A stretch of DNA of 64,000 bases from NCBI GenBank assembly GCA_963844715.1, contig CAWJPJ010000008.1, positions 128,001 through 192,000 of the forward strand, written 5' to 3'. Each line of letters opens with the position of its first letter. Position 1 is the first letter of the stretch. Positions 43,392-54,358 of the stretch are shown piece by piece. Both the position numbers and the translations under genes were made by a program. The stretch is from an uncultured Phycisphaerales bacterium. Its GTDB lineage: Bacteria > Planctomycetota > Phycisphaerae > Tepidisphaerales > Tepidisphaeraceae. The notes beneath the pieces were generated by a model. The model was not told the origin of the DNA and did no database searches. It saw only the letters and a program-made list of their open reading frames with translations.

Positions 43392-43418
43392 TTGACAGCG
43401 CCGGGCCGGTTCTACATT
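43392..43418 (+). promoter_or_regulatory. Putative sigma70 promoter
   Basis: TTGACA (43392) and TACATT (43413), 15-nt spacer (short), 7 nt before ATG 43426. Confidence 0.45.
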
Positions 43419-43425
43419 CGCTTAA

Positions 43426-43977
43426 ATGCGGCTGGCCATGGGTTTGTCGATTATCGGGCTGGCGTTCGTGGGGGCGTGCACGCCGCCGCCCGAGCCGTCG
43501 CCCGCCGTCCAGGCAAGCCATCTCTTCGACGTAGTCTCCATGCAATTGGATACTTTTTCAAAGCTAAAAAATTGGGCCGGAGGAACTACGCCGAGCGGCG
43601 TCGAGGCGGTCGTGGAATTTGACGACGCCTTCGGCGATCGCACCAAAGCCGCCGGGAGCATTCTTTTCGAAATTTTCGACTACCGCCCCGGGTGGCCCGA
43701 CCCGCGCGGGCAGCGCATCGTCAATCCCTTCAGCGCTTCGCTGATCACCTTTGAAGAGCAAAAGGCGCATTGGGATCGCGCCAGCGGCGCGTATATCTTC
43801 CGCCTGGCGTGCGATCAATTGGCGTGGGATCGCAGTTACGTCCTCTCGGCGACGTACGAAGCCCCCGCCGGTTCCGGCGGCCCGGCGCGGCTTTTCTCGC
43901 AGATCGTGTTGCCCTCGCGGCAATCACGGGAGGGTTCCGGTGGGTCAAACTCCCCAGCCCCAGCAACCCAGCCCTGA
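43426..43977 (+). CDS. Hypothetical lipoprotein
   Basis: Lipobox-like VGAC; DAFGDRTKAAG..FEIF; ends PATQP. Confidence 0.75.
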   Translation: MRLAMGLSIIGLAFVGACTPPPEPSPAVQASHLFDVVSMQLDTFSKLKNWAGGTTPSGVEAVVEFDDAFGDRTKAAGSILFEIFDYRPGWPDPRGQRIVNPFSASLITFEEQKAHWDRASGAYIFRLACDQLAWDRSYVLSATYEAPAGSGGPARLFSQIVLPSRQSREGSGGSNSPAPATQP

Positions 43978-45412
43978 CCTCTGGTCGCTTCCGCCTGTCG
44001 GAAGATTGCTCCAGCGCGCCCGCGCGGAACTCTCGGCGGACTTTTCGCCCGCCCGCCCCATTCGTGTCAGCCGCGCCCCCGGACGCCTCGATGTCATGGG
44101 CGGAATCGCCGATTACACCGGCTCGATGGTCTGCGAAATGCCCCTCGATCGCGCCGCCGCCGTCGCCCTCCAGCCTCGCGCGGATCGGCAGGTCCAGGTC
44201 TTCTCTTTCAATCTCTTTGACGAACATCAGCCCTTCACGCTGCGAATGCCCCTCGATTCCCTCCTCGGCCATCCAATCGAAAAGCTCCGCGAGGAATTCA
44301 ATCAACCCGGCCGGCGCTGGGCCGGATACCTGATCGGCTGCCTGCCCATTCTCCATTTGCACGGCGTCCTCGACCCAATAAAAGTTTCGGGAATGAATCT
44401 GGCGGTCCTCAGTACCGTCCCCCTCGGCGCGGGCGTGAGCAGCTCCGCCGCCATCGAAATCGCCGCCATGATGAACGTGCTGGATCACCTGAATCTCCGC
44501 GATCGAGTCAGCGCCCTCCAAGTCGCCAGCATGTGCCAGGAAGTCGAAAACAACGTGGTCGGCACGCCCTGCGGGATCATGGATCAGGTCAGCAGTTGCC
44601 TCGGCGAAGCCGGATCGCTTTTACGCATGGTCTGCCAGCCCCACGATCTTCTTCCCTCCCTGAAATTGCCCCTCGGAATCCGCGCCGTCGGCGTCAACAG
44701 CAAGGTGAAACACTCCGTCGGTGGCGGAATGTACGGCCAAACCCGCTGCGCCGCCTTCATGAGCCATCGCATCATCCTGGAAAAAATGCGCCAACTTGGC
44801 GCCGCCGCCGGCCGGGACCTCCAGGGCGATCCCATGCGGGGTTACCTCGCCAATCTCGACCCCGACGATTACAAAAAATTCTTCCGCCCCTATCTCCCCG
44901 AAGAAATGGTCGGCCAGGCTTTCCTTGATCAATACGGCTCAACCGTCGACACCGCCACGCGCGTCGAGCCGGGCGTAACCTATCATGTCCGCCAGGCGTG
45001 CGACCATCACGTTCTGGAAGCGCGCCGTGTGAGGAATTTCGTCCAGTACCTGGAAGCAGCCGCGGCACTGCCTTCCGACTCAAATCAGCGCAAGCGAGAA
45101 TTGGACAAAGCCGGGCATCTTATGTACGCCTCGCACTTGTCCTACACAAATGACGCGCTCCTGGGCGCGCCGGAGTGCGATATGCTCGTCGACATGGTCC
45201 GCGCCCGCGAGTCCGCCGGTCTCTACGGCGCAAAAATCACCGGCGGCGGCAGCGGCGGAACCGTCGCCATTCTCGCCGACGATTCACCCAAAGCCACCCA
45301 GGCCATTGAGGACATCATGTCAGACTACAAAACCCAAACCGGCCACGAACCCGAAGCCTATTTCGGAACCAGCCCCGGCGCCTGGATCGTGGGGACGGGT
45401 CTGCTCCCATGA
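43940..45412 (+). CDS. GHMP sugar kinase (galactokinase/L-arabinokinase-like)
   Basis: APGRLDVMGGIADYTGS, PLGAGVSSSAA, CGIMDQ, GAKITGGGSGG; start inferred. Confidence 0.88.
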   Translation: MGQTPQPQQPSPDLWSLPPVGRLLQRARAELSADFSPARPIRVSRAPGRLDVMGGIADYTGSMVCEMPLDRAAAVALQPRADRQVQVFSFNLFDEHQPFTLRMPLDSLLGHPIEKLREEFNQPGRRWAGYLIGCLPILHLHGVLDPIKVSGMNLAVLSTVPLGAGVSSSAAIEIAAMMNVLDHLNLRDRVSALQVASMCQEVENNVVGTPCGIMDQVSSCLGEAGSLLRMVCQPHDLLPSLKLPLGIRAVGVNSKVKHSVGGGMYGQTRCAAFMSHRIILEKMRQLGAAAGRDLQGDPMRGYLANLDPDDYKKFFRPYLPEEMVGQAFLDQYGSTVDTATRVEPGVTYHVRQACDHHVLEARRVRNFVQYLEAAAALPSDSNQRKRELDKAGHLMYASHLSYTNDALLGAPECDMLVDMVRARESAGLYGAKITGGGSGGTVAILADDSPKATQAIEDIMSDYKTQTGHEPEAYFGTSPGAWIVGTGLLP

Positions 45413-46432
45413 TCCCCACCCCCGAAAAAATCGTCGACCGCCTCCGCGCCTTCCAGCGAACCGTGCGCGAAATGATCATCGCCTCGCGCCGCTTAGGCGG
45501 ATTGAGCGAAGTCAGCCGAATCAGCTCGGCGGACGTCATCTACAAAATCGACACCCAAGTCGAACCCATGCTCGTCGAGTTTTGCACCGAGTGGTCAAAA
45601 GAGTTGCCCCTGGTCCTGATCGCCGAGGGATTGGAGGACGCCGACGGGCGCGAGGTGGACAATCGCGTTTTCCCCGAGGGCATTCACGGGGAAGACGCCG
45701 CGATTCGCCTGCTCGTTGACCCGATCGACGGAACCCGCCCCATCATGTACGACAAGCGCTCCGCCTGGGCCCTGGCCGGCGTCGCCCCCAATAAAGGCGC
45801 CCATACCCGCTTGCGCGATATCGAAGTCGAGCGTCATGACGGAGTTGCCCACCAGCAAAATGGGCCACGCCGACGTCCTCTGGGCGATCAAGGGGCGCGG
45901 TCCCAGCGCCGTCCGCGTTGATCTGCACGATGGCAGCGACGAACCACTGAAGATCACCCCCTCCACCGCCGACGATATCAACCACGGATTCATCTCCGTG
46001 ACCGATTTCTTCCCCGGCACGAAGGTCCTTGCGGGCGAACTGGCCGAATACCTGGCCAGAAACCTCATCGGTCCCGCCGACGTCACCCGCGCCACCATTT
46101 ACGAGGATCAATACATCTCCACCGGCGGGCAATTCTACGAACTCATCGTCGGCCACGATCGCTTCAACGCCGATCTTCGCCCCTGGTTTTATTTGATTCA
46201 GAACCAGCCCGCCGGCTTGTGCTGCCATCCCTACGATTGCTCGACGTGGCTGATCGCCGAGGAGGCCGGCATTGTCATTACCGACGGCCTGGGCCGTCCC
46301 ATGGATGGCCCCCTGGATGTGACGACCGGCATCGCCTGGGCCGCCTTCGCGAATCGTGCCCTGCAAGAAAAAATGGAACCCATTCTCGACGGGTTTCTGA
46401 GAACCCGCCTCGAAGGCAAACTCAATATTTAA
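45409..46432 (+). CDS. Inositol-monophosphatase-fold phosphatase; frameshift near 45830
   Basis: DVIYKID, IAEG, VDPIDGT, HPYD...IAEEAGIVITD. Confidence 0.85.
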
Positions 46433-47413
46433 ACCCGACCCCGCCCCCGCCCCAGAGCACGTTGGAAGCCGTAATCTGCTTGGAGAGTTTCCCGCTGTAG
46501 CTGATGAACCCGTTCAGATCGAACTCCCCGTATCGTCTGGGAATGTTCATCAGAGTATTGAGCGAATAGTTGGCGTAGAGTCCCCCCTCGACGTGTTGCC
46601 AGCCGGTGTCCTGCATGGTGTTGATGAAGATGAATTGCTGCTGAAGCCGCGAGATATAGGCCACGCAGGATTTGACCGTCAGGGTCAAACCCCAATCCTC
46701 GATGACGAAATCATGGCTCAGCCCCATTTCCACGTACCACCCCTTGCCGCTGTTGAAATCGTACGCCGCCATCGCGTAAGGCGAAAAGACCGGGCCGTTG
46801 GTATTGAAAAGCAAGGAATCGTCGATGGTGACCTTGGCGTACAATTCCGACGAGTCGAAGTTTTCCCGTTCGGGGTAGATGTACGCGTTATGCCCGATTT
46901 CCACCAGGAACGGCCGCAGGTCCCACGTCCCGCCCACCGACGGCCGGATTTCCTGAAATCGCGAAACGGGGTCCGCGTCATAAACGTTGGCAAAAACACC
47001 CACGAAGAGATGCGGATATTGCCCAAAATCGAAAGTTAGCCGCCCGTCGATCAGCAGGTTCAGCGAATTCCCGCTGGGGCTGACGTCGTCGTGATCCACG
47101 CCCCGGTAAACATAATCCGTGGCGTACAACGCGCTGAGATCGAATTCCACGTTCCCGTTGTTCCCCGGCACCTGCTGCGGCGAAACCGGAGGCGGGCCAT
47201 AAACGGTGTTGTCGTCGCTCGTATCGTCGAACAATTTCGGATTCAGGGCCGCAAGCGACGAATTTCCCGACGGGGCGAAATTTGCCGGCTCGGAAATCGG
47301 CGCGGCAGGTTGGCGCCGTCTCCGTCGGGAGATTTCCAGACGGAATCGTCCCCGCGCGCCGCGGCCGATAAGCACAGAACCACAATCGCCGTCCAACCCG
47401 CAAAATATCGCAT
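46422..47413 (-). CDS. Putative outer-membrane beta-barrel protein; 5' frameshift
   Basis: Signal peptide MRYFAGWTAIVVLCLSAAARG in an upstream frame, ATDYVYRG, alternating aromatic strands, C-terminal GVGFKY. Confidence 0.7.
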
Positions 47414-47486
47414 CGCCCAAAAATGTATCTGGCCCGCATGGAATTGTCACGGCGGAAGTGGCGGCCGACAAGCAAGCCGCCTTCGC

Positions 47487-47592
47487 TTCCTCCCTCTCCA
47501 TGTACTCAGGGAGAGGGCAGGGGCGAGGGTTCTTCCGGCGATTTGCCAGCACTTGTCCCACTGAAACCAGCGGACGACCGGAAGAGAGGGAC
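47487..47592. repeat. REP-like element (same family as 36301)
   Basis: ccctctccatgtactcagggagagggc is identical to the 5' arm at 36301. Confidence 0.75.
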
Positions 47593-47638
47593 AAAAAATC
47601 GGCGCGAGAGCCCACGAACATCCCGGCCACGTGAAAAA

Positions 47639-48090
47639 TTAAAACAACCCCAAATCCAGCATCGCCGCTTCGCTCATGCGGGATTTATCCCACGGCGGGT
47701 CCCAGACCAGCTCAATCTCCGCGCCGGCGACTTCCGGAATCGACTCGATCTTCTGCTCCACCGTCCCCGGCAGCGATCCCGCCACCGGGCACGCCGGCGA
47801 TGTCAGCGTCATCCGCACCTTCACGTGATTTTGCGCATCGATGTCGATCCGGTAGATCAGACCCAGATCGTAAATATTCACGGGGATCTCCGGATCAAAA
47901 ACCGTCCTCAGCACCTCGACGACCGTCGCCTCCAGCGCCCGTTGCGCAGGCGTCAGATCGCCCGGCGATTCATGCATCGGATGCCCCATCGCCACCGGCG
48001 GCTTCACCGCCGCCGGTTCCGCTTTCAACTGCTCATACCGCCCAATATTCGGCAGCACCGGCAGCGCCGCCGCCGGCTCGGCCGATTTTT
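47639..48090 (-). CDS. DUF59/SufT Fe-S assembly domain (possibly fused to SufE)
   Basis: VFDPEIPVNIYDLGLIY, MTLTSPACP, LVWDPPW. Confidence 0.88.
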
Positions 48091-48550
48091 GCCTTCTCCG
48101 CCTCGCCCCGAATCCGCTGAATCATGCTCGCCAGCCCAATGCGCCGGCCCATGATCAAATTCTGATCCAGCCCCAATCGCTTCAAAAAAGCCTCGGTATC
48201 GAAATCCAAAATGGCCCGTGCCGATTGCCCGCTGAACAGCTTCTGCAAGATCGCCAGAAGCCCCCGGACGATATCCGCGTCGCTCGATGCGAGAAATTCG
48301 ATCGAATCAGCCGACCCAGGAACGCGCCGCGAATACAGATGAACCAGGCTCATGCACCCGTGCACGCGCGTCGCCTCGGTTTTCAATTCCGCCGGCATCG
48401 GCGGAAGCTTCTGCCCCATCTCGATAATGAAGGCATAGCGATCATTCCAATCCCCCAGAAAGTCGAACGTCTCGATCAACTCATCCGCCACCGCGCGCGC
48501 AGACGCGCCCGCCGCCGGCGGAAATTGCAATGGTCCGACAATCGGCGCGC
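48033..48550 (-). CDS. sufE: SufE sulfur-acceptor domain (probably the C-terminus of SufS)
   Basis: WNDRYAFIIEMG, RVHGCMS, SDADIVRGLL. Confidence 0.88.
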
Positions 48551-49821
48551 AGGAGTAGGAGCCGTTCGCGGCGCCGAAGAAACAATCCTCGCAAGCTGAG
48601 CCGCGACGAAGTCGACTTCCTCCTCCGTGTTATAAACCGCCATCGAAATCCGCGCCGTCGACGCGATTCCCAGCCGATCCATCACCGGCTGGCAGCAATG
48701 ATGCCCGGTGCGAATCGCAATCCCCTCCGCATCAAGCTTCATGCCGACATCCAGGGTCGAAATCGGCGGATTATCCACGACGAACGACACCACGCCCGCT
48801 TTTTCCGGCGCGGTGCCGATGACCCGTACGCCAGGAATTTTCCCCAGCGCACCCGTCGCCCGCCGAAGCAGCGATTCCTCATGCGCCGCGATTTTTTCCA
48901 GTCCGATGGATTGCACAAATTCGATAGCCGCCCCCAGCCCGATCACCCCCGCGATATGCGGCGTCCCCGCCTCAAATTTATGCGGCAAAACATTGTAAGT
49001 CGTCTTGGCAAACGAAACAGAGCTGATCATGTCCCCGCCGCCCTGATACGGCGGCATCGATTCCAGAATCTTCGCCTTCCCATAAAGCACGCCAATCCCC
49101 GTCGGGCCGTAAAGCTTGTGCCCCGAGAGGGCGTAGAAATCCACATCCAGATCGCGCACGTCGAGCGGCGCATGCGCCACCCACTGCGCCCGTCCACCAT
49201 CACGACTGCCCCGCGCCCATGCGCCTTTGCGATAATCTCCTTGACCGGGTTCACCGTCCCCAATGAATTGGAAAGATGCACGATGGAGACGATCTTCGTC
49301 CGGTCGCTCAGCAGCCGGTCGAATTCCTCCATCCGCAGCCGCCCGGAGTCATCAATCGGGATGACGCGAATGACCGCCTCCGTCTGCTCCGCGATCATCT
49401 GCCAGGGCACGATGTTCGAGTGATGCTCCATCGCCGAGAGAATGATCTCATCACCCGCGGTGAGAAATTTCCGCCCCCACGTCGCGGCCACAAGATTGAT
49501 CGACTCCGTCGCCCCGCGCGTAAAAATGATCTCCCGCGATTCCCCGGCGTTGATGAATTTGGCGATTTTTTCGCGCACCTGCTCGTAAGCCGACGTCGCC
49601 GCCTGGCTCAGCGAATGCACCCCGCGATGAATGTTCGCGTTTTCCTGCGAGTAGTAGCGATCAAGAGCGTCGATGACGACTTGCGGCTTCTGCGTCGTCG
49701 CGGCGTTGTCGAAGTAAACCAGCGGCTTGCCGTGAACCTGCCGCTTCAGGATCGGGAATTGCGCGCGGATCGCCTGAACGTCCAGATCGACTTCAGAAGC
49801 TGTTTCACCGGGCTTTTTCAT
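48551..49821 (-). CDS. sufS: Cysteine desulfurase; frameshift near 49190
   Basis: [39 protein letters not shown]. Confidence 0.95.
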
Positions 49822-51145
49822 CGTGCTGGCCCAGGTCGGTGATGCGCAAATCGCGCGGCAAGCCGTGCTGAGCGGCCAGGAAATCTTCCAATCGCCGCCG
49901 CACCGGCTCAACCTTGATGCGCCGGGTCACATCCGCGGCAAACGCGTAAGTCAGCAGATGCCGCGCCGCTTCCAATCCCACCCCGCGCGAACGCAAGTAG
50001 AAAACCATTTCCTCATCCACCGGCCCCGTCGTGCTGCCGTGCGTGCATTTCACGTCGTCGGCGTATATCTCCAGCGCCGGCTGGCTGTTCATCGTCGCCT
50101 CGTCGCTCAACAGCAGCGATTTGCTCGTCTGCTTCGAATCCGTCTTCTGCGAATCCGGCCGAACCAGAATCTGCCCCTTGAAAACGCACGACGATTTCCC
50201 GTTCAGCACATGCTTATAAAGCTCATGGCTCGGGCAATTCGGCGCGGCGTGGTCCAGAAGCGTGTGATTGTCGCAATGCTGCTGATTCGTCAGGATCGCC
50301 AGGCCGTTGATCGTCGCGTCCGCTCCGTTGCCGGCCAGAGTGACATTCAAATCGTTCCGCGTCAGTTTCCCGCCCAATGTCGCGGCGTGTGAAACCATCC
50401 GGCTGTTCCGCCCCAAGGTCGCCGCCAGCATGCTCACCAGCAGTTCCGAGTCCGCCCCAAGCTGAATCCGGTTGTAATCAATGCGCGAGTCGTTGGCGAT
50501 CGAAAGCTCGGTCACCGCGTTGGTCAATGTCGTCCCCGCCCGCCCCGAAGAGACAAAGCTCTCCACCAGCGAAAGCTCCGTGTTTTCGTCGGCCACCACA
50601 AGCAATCGCGGATGGCAAATCGTCGCTTCCTTCTCCGCATCCGAAACGAAAATCACGTGAATCGGGCATTCCAGCGTCAACCCCCGGCTGACATGAATCG
50701 CCGCGATGTCCTGAAACGAGCCGGTATTCTGCGCCACGAACGGCGTCAGCTCGATCCCCGCATGCCGCGAAAGATGATTCTGCACAAACGCCTCGTCCAG
50801 CATTCCCGAAGAGAGCGCGGCGATCGTAATCCCCGGCGGCAATTTGCCCGGATGGGACAACTTCGGCGCATAATGACCGTTGACGAAAACCAGTTCCGCC
50901 GAGCAGCGCGGCCCGAAAGCCGCCCCCTGCGCCGCGCGGGCCGCGGCTTCGGAAATATTCGCCGACCCTGCATGAAATTTCGTCCGCGTGATCGGCGTGA
51001 GATTCGTAAACCGCCACGCTTCCTCGTCCGCCGCGGGATATCCCACGGAAAGAAATCGATCGGTCGCCGCCTGGCGCACCGGCTCCAGCCAAGCGGGAGC
51101 CGCAAGGGAAATTCCTGGAGATTTTTTCTCGATCAATTGCGACAT
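49805..51145 (-). CDS. sufD: Fe-S cluster assembly protein SufD
   Basis: [32 protein letters not shown]. Confidence 0.95.
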   Translation of the reverse strand: MSQLIEKKSPGISLAAPAWLEPVRQAATDRFLSVGYPAADEEAWRFTNLTPITRTKFHAGSANISEAAARAAQGAAFGPRCSAELVFVNGHYAPKLSHPGKLPPGITIAALSSGMLDEAFVQNHLSRHAGIELTPFVAQNTGSFQDIAAIHVSRGLTLECPIHVIFVSDAEKEATICHPRLLVVADENTELSLVESFVSSGRAGTTLTNAVTELSIANDSRIDYNRIQLGADSELLVSMLAATLGRNSRMVSHAATLGGKLTRNDLNVTLAGNGADATINGLAILTNQQHCDNHTLLDHAAPNCPSHELYKHVLNGKSSCVFKGQILVRPDSQKTDSKQTSKSLLLSDEATMNSQPALEIYADDVKCTHGSTTGPVDEEMVFYLRSRGVGLEAARHLLTYAFAADVTRRIKVEPVRRRLEDFLAAQHGLPRDLRITDLGQHDEKAR

Positions 51146-51146
51146 A

Positions 51147-51911
51147 TCAAGCGGCTTCATTGTCCAGCCAATCATATCCGCGCGCTTCAAGCTCCAGCGC
51201 CAGGCTCTTATCGCCCGATTTCACTATTTTTCCGTCCAGCATCACGTGCACCCGGTCCGGCTCGATGTAATTCAGCAGCCGCTGGTAGTGCGTCACCACC
51301 AGAATCGCCCGATCGGCCCGGCGAAGACTGTTCGCCCCGTGCGAGACCACCTTCAGCGCGTCGATGTCCAACCCCGAATCCGTCTCGTCCATCAGCGCCA
51401 GTCGCGGATCGCACACCGCCATCTGGAAAATCTCGTTTCGTTTCTTCTCCCCGCCCGAAAATCCCTCGTTCACGGCCCGATTCATGAAGCTCTGGTCCAT
51501 CTTCAAGAGCGCCATCTTTTCCTTGACGAGCTTGAGGAATTCAACCGTGTCGATCTCCGGCTGGCCATGGTGTTTACGCACGGCGTTGACGGCCGTCTTA
51601 AGGAAGTAGCTCGTGCTCACGCCGGGAATTTCCACCGGATATTGAAACGCCAGGAAAACGCCCTCGCGGGCCCGCTCCTCCGCGGAAAGTTCAAGCAGAT
51701 TTTTCCCGTCGTATCGCACCGACCCGGCCGTCACTTCGTACGTCTCGCGCCCCGCCAGCACCTGCACCAGCGTGCTCTTGCCCGAACCGTTCTTCCCCAT
51801 GATCGCGTGAACTTCCCCCGCGTCGATCACGAGATTGACGCCCTTGAGGATTTCCCGCCCGCCGGGGGCGGCCACGCGGGCGTGCAAATTTTCAATTTCT
51901 AAAAAAGGCAT
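51147..51911 (-). CDS. sufC: Fe-S cluster assembly ATPase SufC
   Basis: GKNGSGKS, FQYPVEIPG, FSGGEKKRNE, DETDSGLD. Confidence 0.97.
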   Translation of the reverse strand: MPFLEIENLHARVAAPGGREILKGVNLVIDAGEVHAIMGKNGSGKSTLVQVLAGRETYEVTAGSVRYDGKNLLELSAEERAREGVFLAFQYPVEIPGVSTSYFLKTAVNAVRKHHGQPEIDTVEFLKLVKEKMALLKMDQSFMNRAVNEGFSGGEKKRNEIFQMAVCDPRLALMDETDSGLDIDALKVVSHGANSLRRADRAILVVTHYQRLLNYIEPDRVHVMLDGKIVKSGDKSLALELEARGYDWLDNEAA

Positions 51912-51966
51912 TCGATCTCCAAAATATTTCCGGCAAGGACGCGGCGCTTCGCGCCGCCGCTCGTTT

Positions 51967-53420
51967 TCAGCCCACGCTTCCTTCCAGGCTCACGCCCAGA
52001 AGTTTTTGCGCTTCCACCGCGAATTCCATCGGAAGTTCCCTGAAAACCTCCTTGCAGAATCCGCTCACGATCATGCTGATCGAGTCTTCCAGGCTGATCC
52101 CACGCGTCTTGCAATAAAAAAGCTGATCCTCGCCGATCTTGCTCGTGCTCGCTTCATGCTCGGCCCGGCTCGTCGTGTTGCGCACTTCAATGTAAGGCTG
52201 CGTATGCGCCCGCACTTATCACCCAACAGCAGGGAATCGCACTGCGTGTAATTCCGGCTGTTCGACGCCCCTTTCATGATCTTCACCAGGCCGCGATACG
52301 TGTTCTGTCCATGTCCCGCGCTGATCCCTTTCGAGACGATCGTGCTGCGCGTGTTCTTCCCGATGTGGATCATCTTGGTTCCGGTGTCGGCCTGCTGGCG
52401 GTTGTTGGTCAGCGCCACGCTGTAAAACTCCCCGATGCTGTCGTCTCCCTGGAGAATGCAGCTCGGATATTTCCAAGTGATGGCCGACCCAGTCTCCACC
52501 TGCGTCCAGGAAATCTTGCTTCCTCTTCCCCGGCAAGCCCCGCGCTTGGTGACGAAATTGTAAATCCCGCCGCGACCCTCGCGGTCCCCCGGATACCAGT
52601 TCTGCACCGTGCTGTACTTGATGCTCGCGTTCTCCATCGCCACCAGTTCCACGACCGCCGCATGCAACTGGTTTTCATCCCGCATCGGCGCGGTGCATCC
52701 TTCCAGATAACTCACGGATGCCCCGTCCTCGGCAACGATCAGCGTTCGCTCAAACTGCCCCGTCCCGCGCGCGTTGATCCGGAAATAGGTGCTCAATTCC
52801 ATCGGGCATTTCACGCCCTTGGGGATGAAGCAGAAACTCCCATCCGTGAAAACCGCGCTGTTCAGCGTCGCGAAATAATTGTCCGAATAGGGAACCACCG
52901 ACCCCATGTACTTCTGCACCAGCTCCGGATGTTCCTGCACGGCTTCCCCGAAGGAACAGAAGATGATCCCCTTCTCCGCAAGCGTCTTCTTGAACGTCGT
53001 GGTCACGGAAACCGAGTCGAACACCGCATCGACCGCCACGGCCGGCTGCTCCACCCCCAAAAGCGCCGCCTGCTCCTGCACCGGCACCCCAAGCTTCTTG
53101 TAGATCGCCAAAAGCTCCGGATCGACTTCATCCATGCTCTTCTTTTTGGGCTTCGGTGCGGAGAAGTAGATCGTCTTCTGATAGTCGATCGGGGCGTATT
53201 TCACTTTCGCCCAGCGCGGCTCCTTCATGGTCAGCCAGTGCCGGTACGCGCGCAGACGCCAGTCCAGCATCCACTGCGGCTCGCGCTTTTTGTGCGAGAT
53301 GAAGCGCACGATCTCCTCATTCAGCCCCGGCGGGGCGGAATCGGCCTCGATATCGCTAATGAATCCCCACTTGTATTCACGATTCGCAAGGGATTCGATT
53401 TCGGTTTCAGCCGTAGGCAT
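51967..53420 (-). CDS. sufB: Fe-S cluster assembly protein SufB; frameshift near 52212
   Basis: [37 protein letters not shown]. Confidence 0.97.
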
Positions 53421-53435
53421 AAGTAACTCATATCA

Positions 53436-53460
53436 ATAGTTGAGACTAAGTCTCAACTAT
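53436..53460. promoter_or_regulatory. Perfect 12-1-12 palindrome, operator-like (Fur-family-box-like)
   Basis: ATAGTTGAGACT-A-AGTCTCAACTAT, 15 nt upstream of the sufB start. Confidence 0.7.
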
Positions 53461-53508
53461 CTTACATCGACGCCCCCGCTCCCGGCAATAACAAAAGCCC
53501 GGTTTTCT

Positions 53509-53844
53509 TTAAGCGTTGAAGCTGCTTCCGCAGCCGCAAGTGCTTGTGGCGTTTGGATTTTTGAACACGAAACCGCGCCCCATCACCTCGTCCCGGAAGT
53601 CGATTTCCGTGCCGTTGAGATAGAGATAGGACCGCGTATCGCAAAGAATCTGCACGCCGTTGGATTCCATTTCCTCATCCCCCTCGGCTTTGGGTTCCTC
53701 GGTGAGGTCCAGCATATAGCTGAACCCGCTGCACCCGCCCCCTTTGACGCCAACCCGAAGACGGGTCGCCTCAGCCGGTAGCGACTGCTGCTGGATGATG
53801 TTCTTGATCTCCCGCGCGGCGGTCTCTGAAAGTGTGATAGGCAT
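53509..53844 (-). CDS. A-type Fe-S carrier (IscA/SufA/HesB)
   Basis: GGGCSGFSY, NPNATSTCGCGSSF; SD AAGGAG. Confidence 0.95.
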   Translation of the reverse strand: MPITLSETAAREIKNIIQQQSLPAEATRLRVGVKGGGCSGFSYMLDLTEEPKAEGDEEMESNGVQILCDTRSYLYLNGTEIDFRDEVMGRGFVFKNPNATSTCGCGSSFNA

Positions 53845-53870
53845 ACGAAACTCCTTTGAAATCAAATGTT

Positions 53871-54314
53871 CTATTTCGAATTCCCGCTGAGCGCCTCCAG
53901 CGGCACATCAATTCGACGGCCCGGCAGAACCAGGTCCGACAGCGCTACATCCCGAAGAAACTGCATCAGTTTAGATTGAATCGCCCGAATCGGCGCCGGC
54001 TTCCACCCGCGCCGGCCAACCCCCGGCATATCTTCATGATCGCACCCCGGCTCAACCTTCCCCTCCAAAATCTGGATGAGCTGATAAAGCGAAACTCCAT
54101 CCAGATCGCAGGCAATCTGATATCCCCCGCGTTTCCCGCGCGTGCTTTGCAGAATCGCATCGCCCTGAAGGCTCTTGAGAATATTCATCAGCAAAGCCTC
54201 GGGCAGATTAAACGCCCGAGCGATCTCCCGAGCCGAAACCACCCGATCCTGTCTCTCGGCAAGATACCCCAGGGCCGTCAGGGCGTAATCGGTCTTTCTA
54301 GTCAAACAAAGCAT
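53871..54314 (-). CDS. Rrf2-family transcriptional regulator
   Basis: TRKTDYAL, STRGKRGGY, IQILEG; first gene of the suf operon. Confidence 0.9.
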   Translation of the reverse strand: MLCLTRKTDYALTALGYLAERQDRVVSAREIARAFNLPEALLMNILKSLQGDAILQSTRGKRGGYQIACDLDGVSLYQLIQILEGKVEPGCDHEDMPGVGRRGWKPAPIRAIQSKLMQFLRDVALSDLVLPGRRIDVPLEALSGNSK

Positions 54315-54322
54315 TCAACCCG

Positions 54323-54351
54323 AATATAGGACTGGTTTGGTGCGATTTCAA
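54323..54351 (-). promoter_or_regulatory. Sigma70-type promoter of the suf operon (near-leaderless)
   Basis: Minus strand TTGAAA-N17-TATATT, 8 nt before the rrf2 ATG. Confidence 0.65.
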
Positions 54352-54358
54352 GGTTCAT

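Noticed and set aside
47414..47630. N-terminal extension of the beta-barrel ORF
   Set aside because: It runs through a REP element; a proper signal peptide begins at 47413 in another frame
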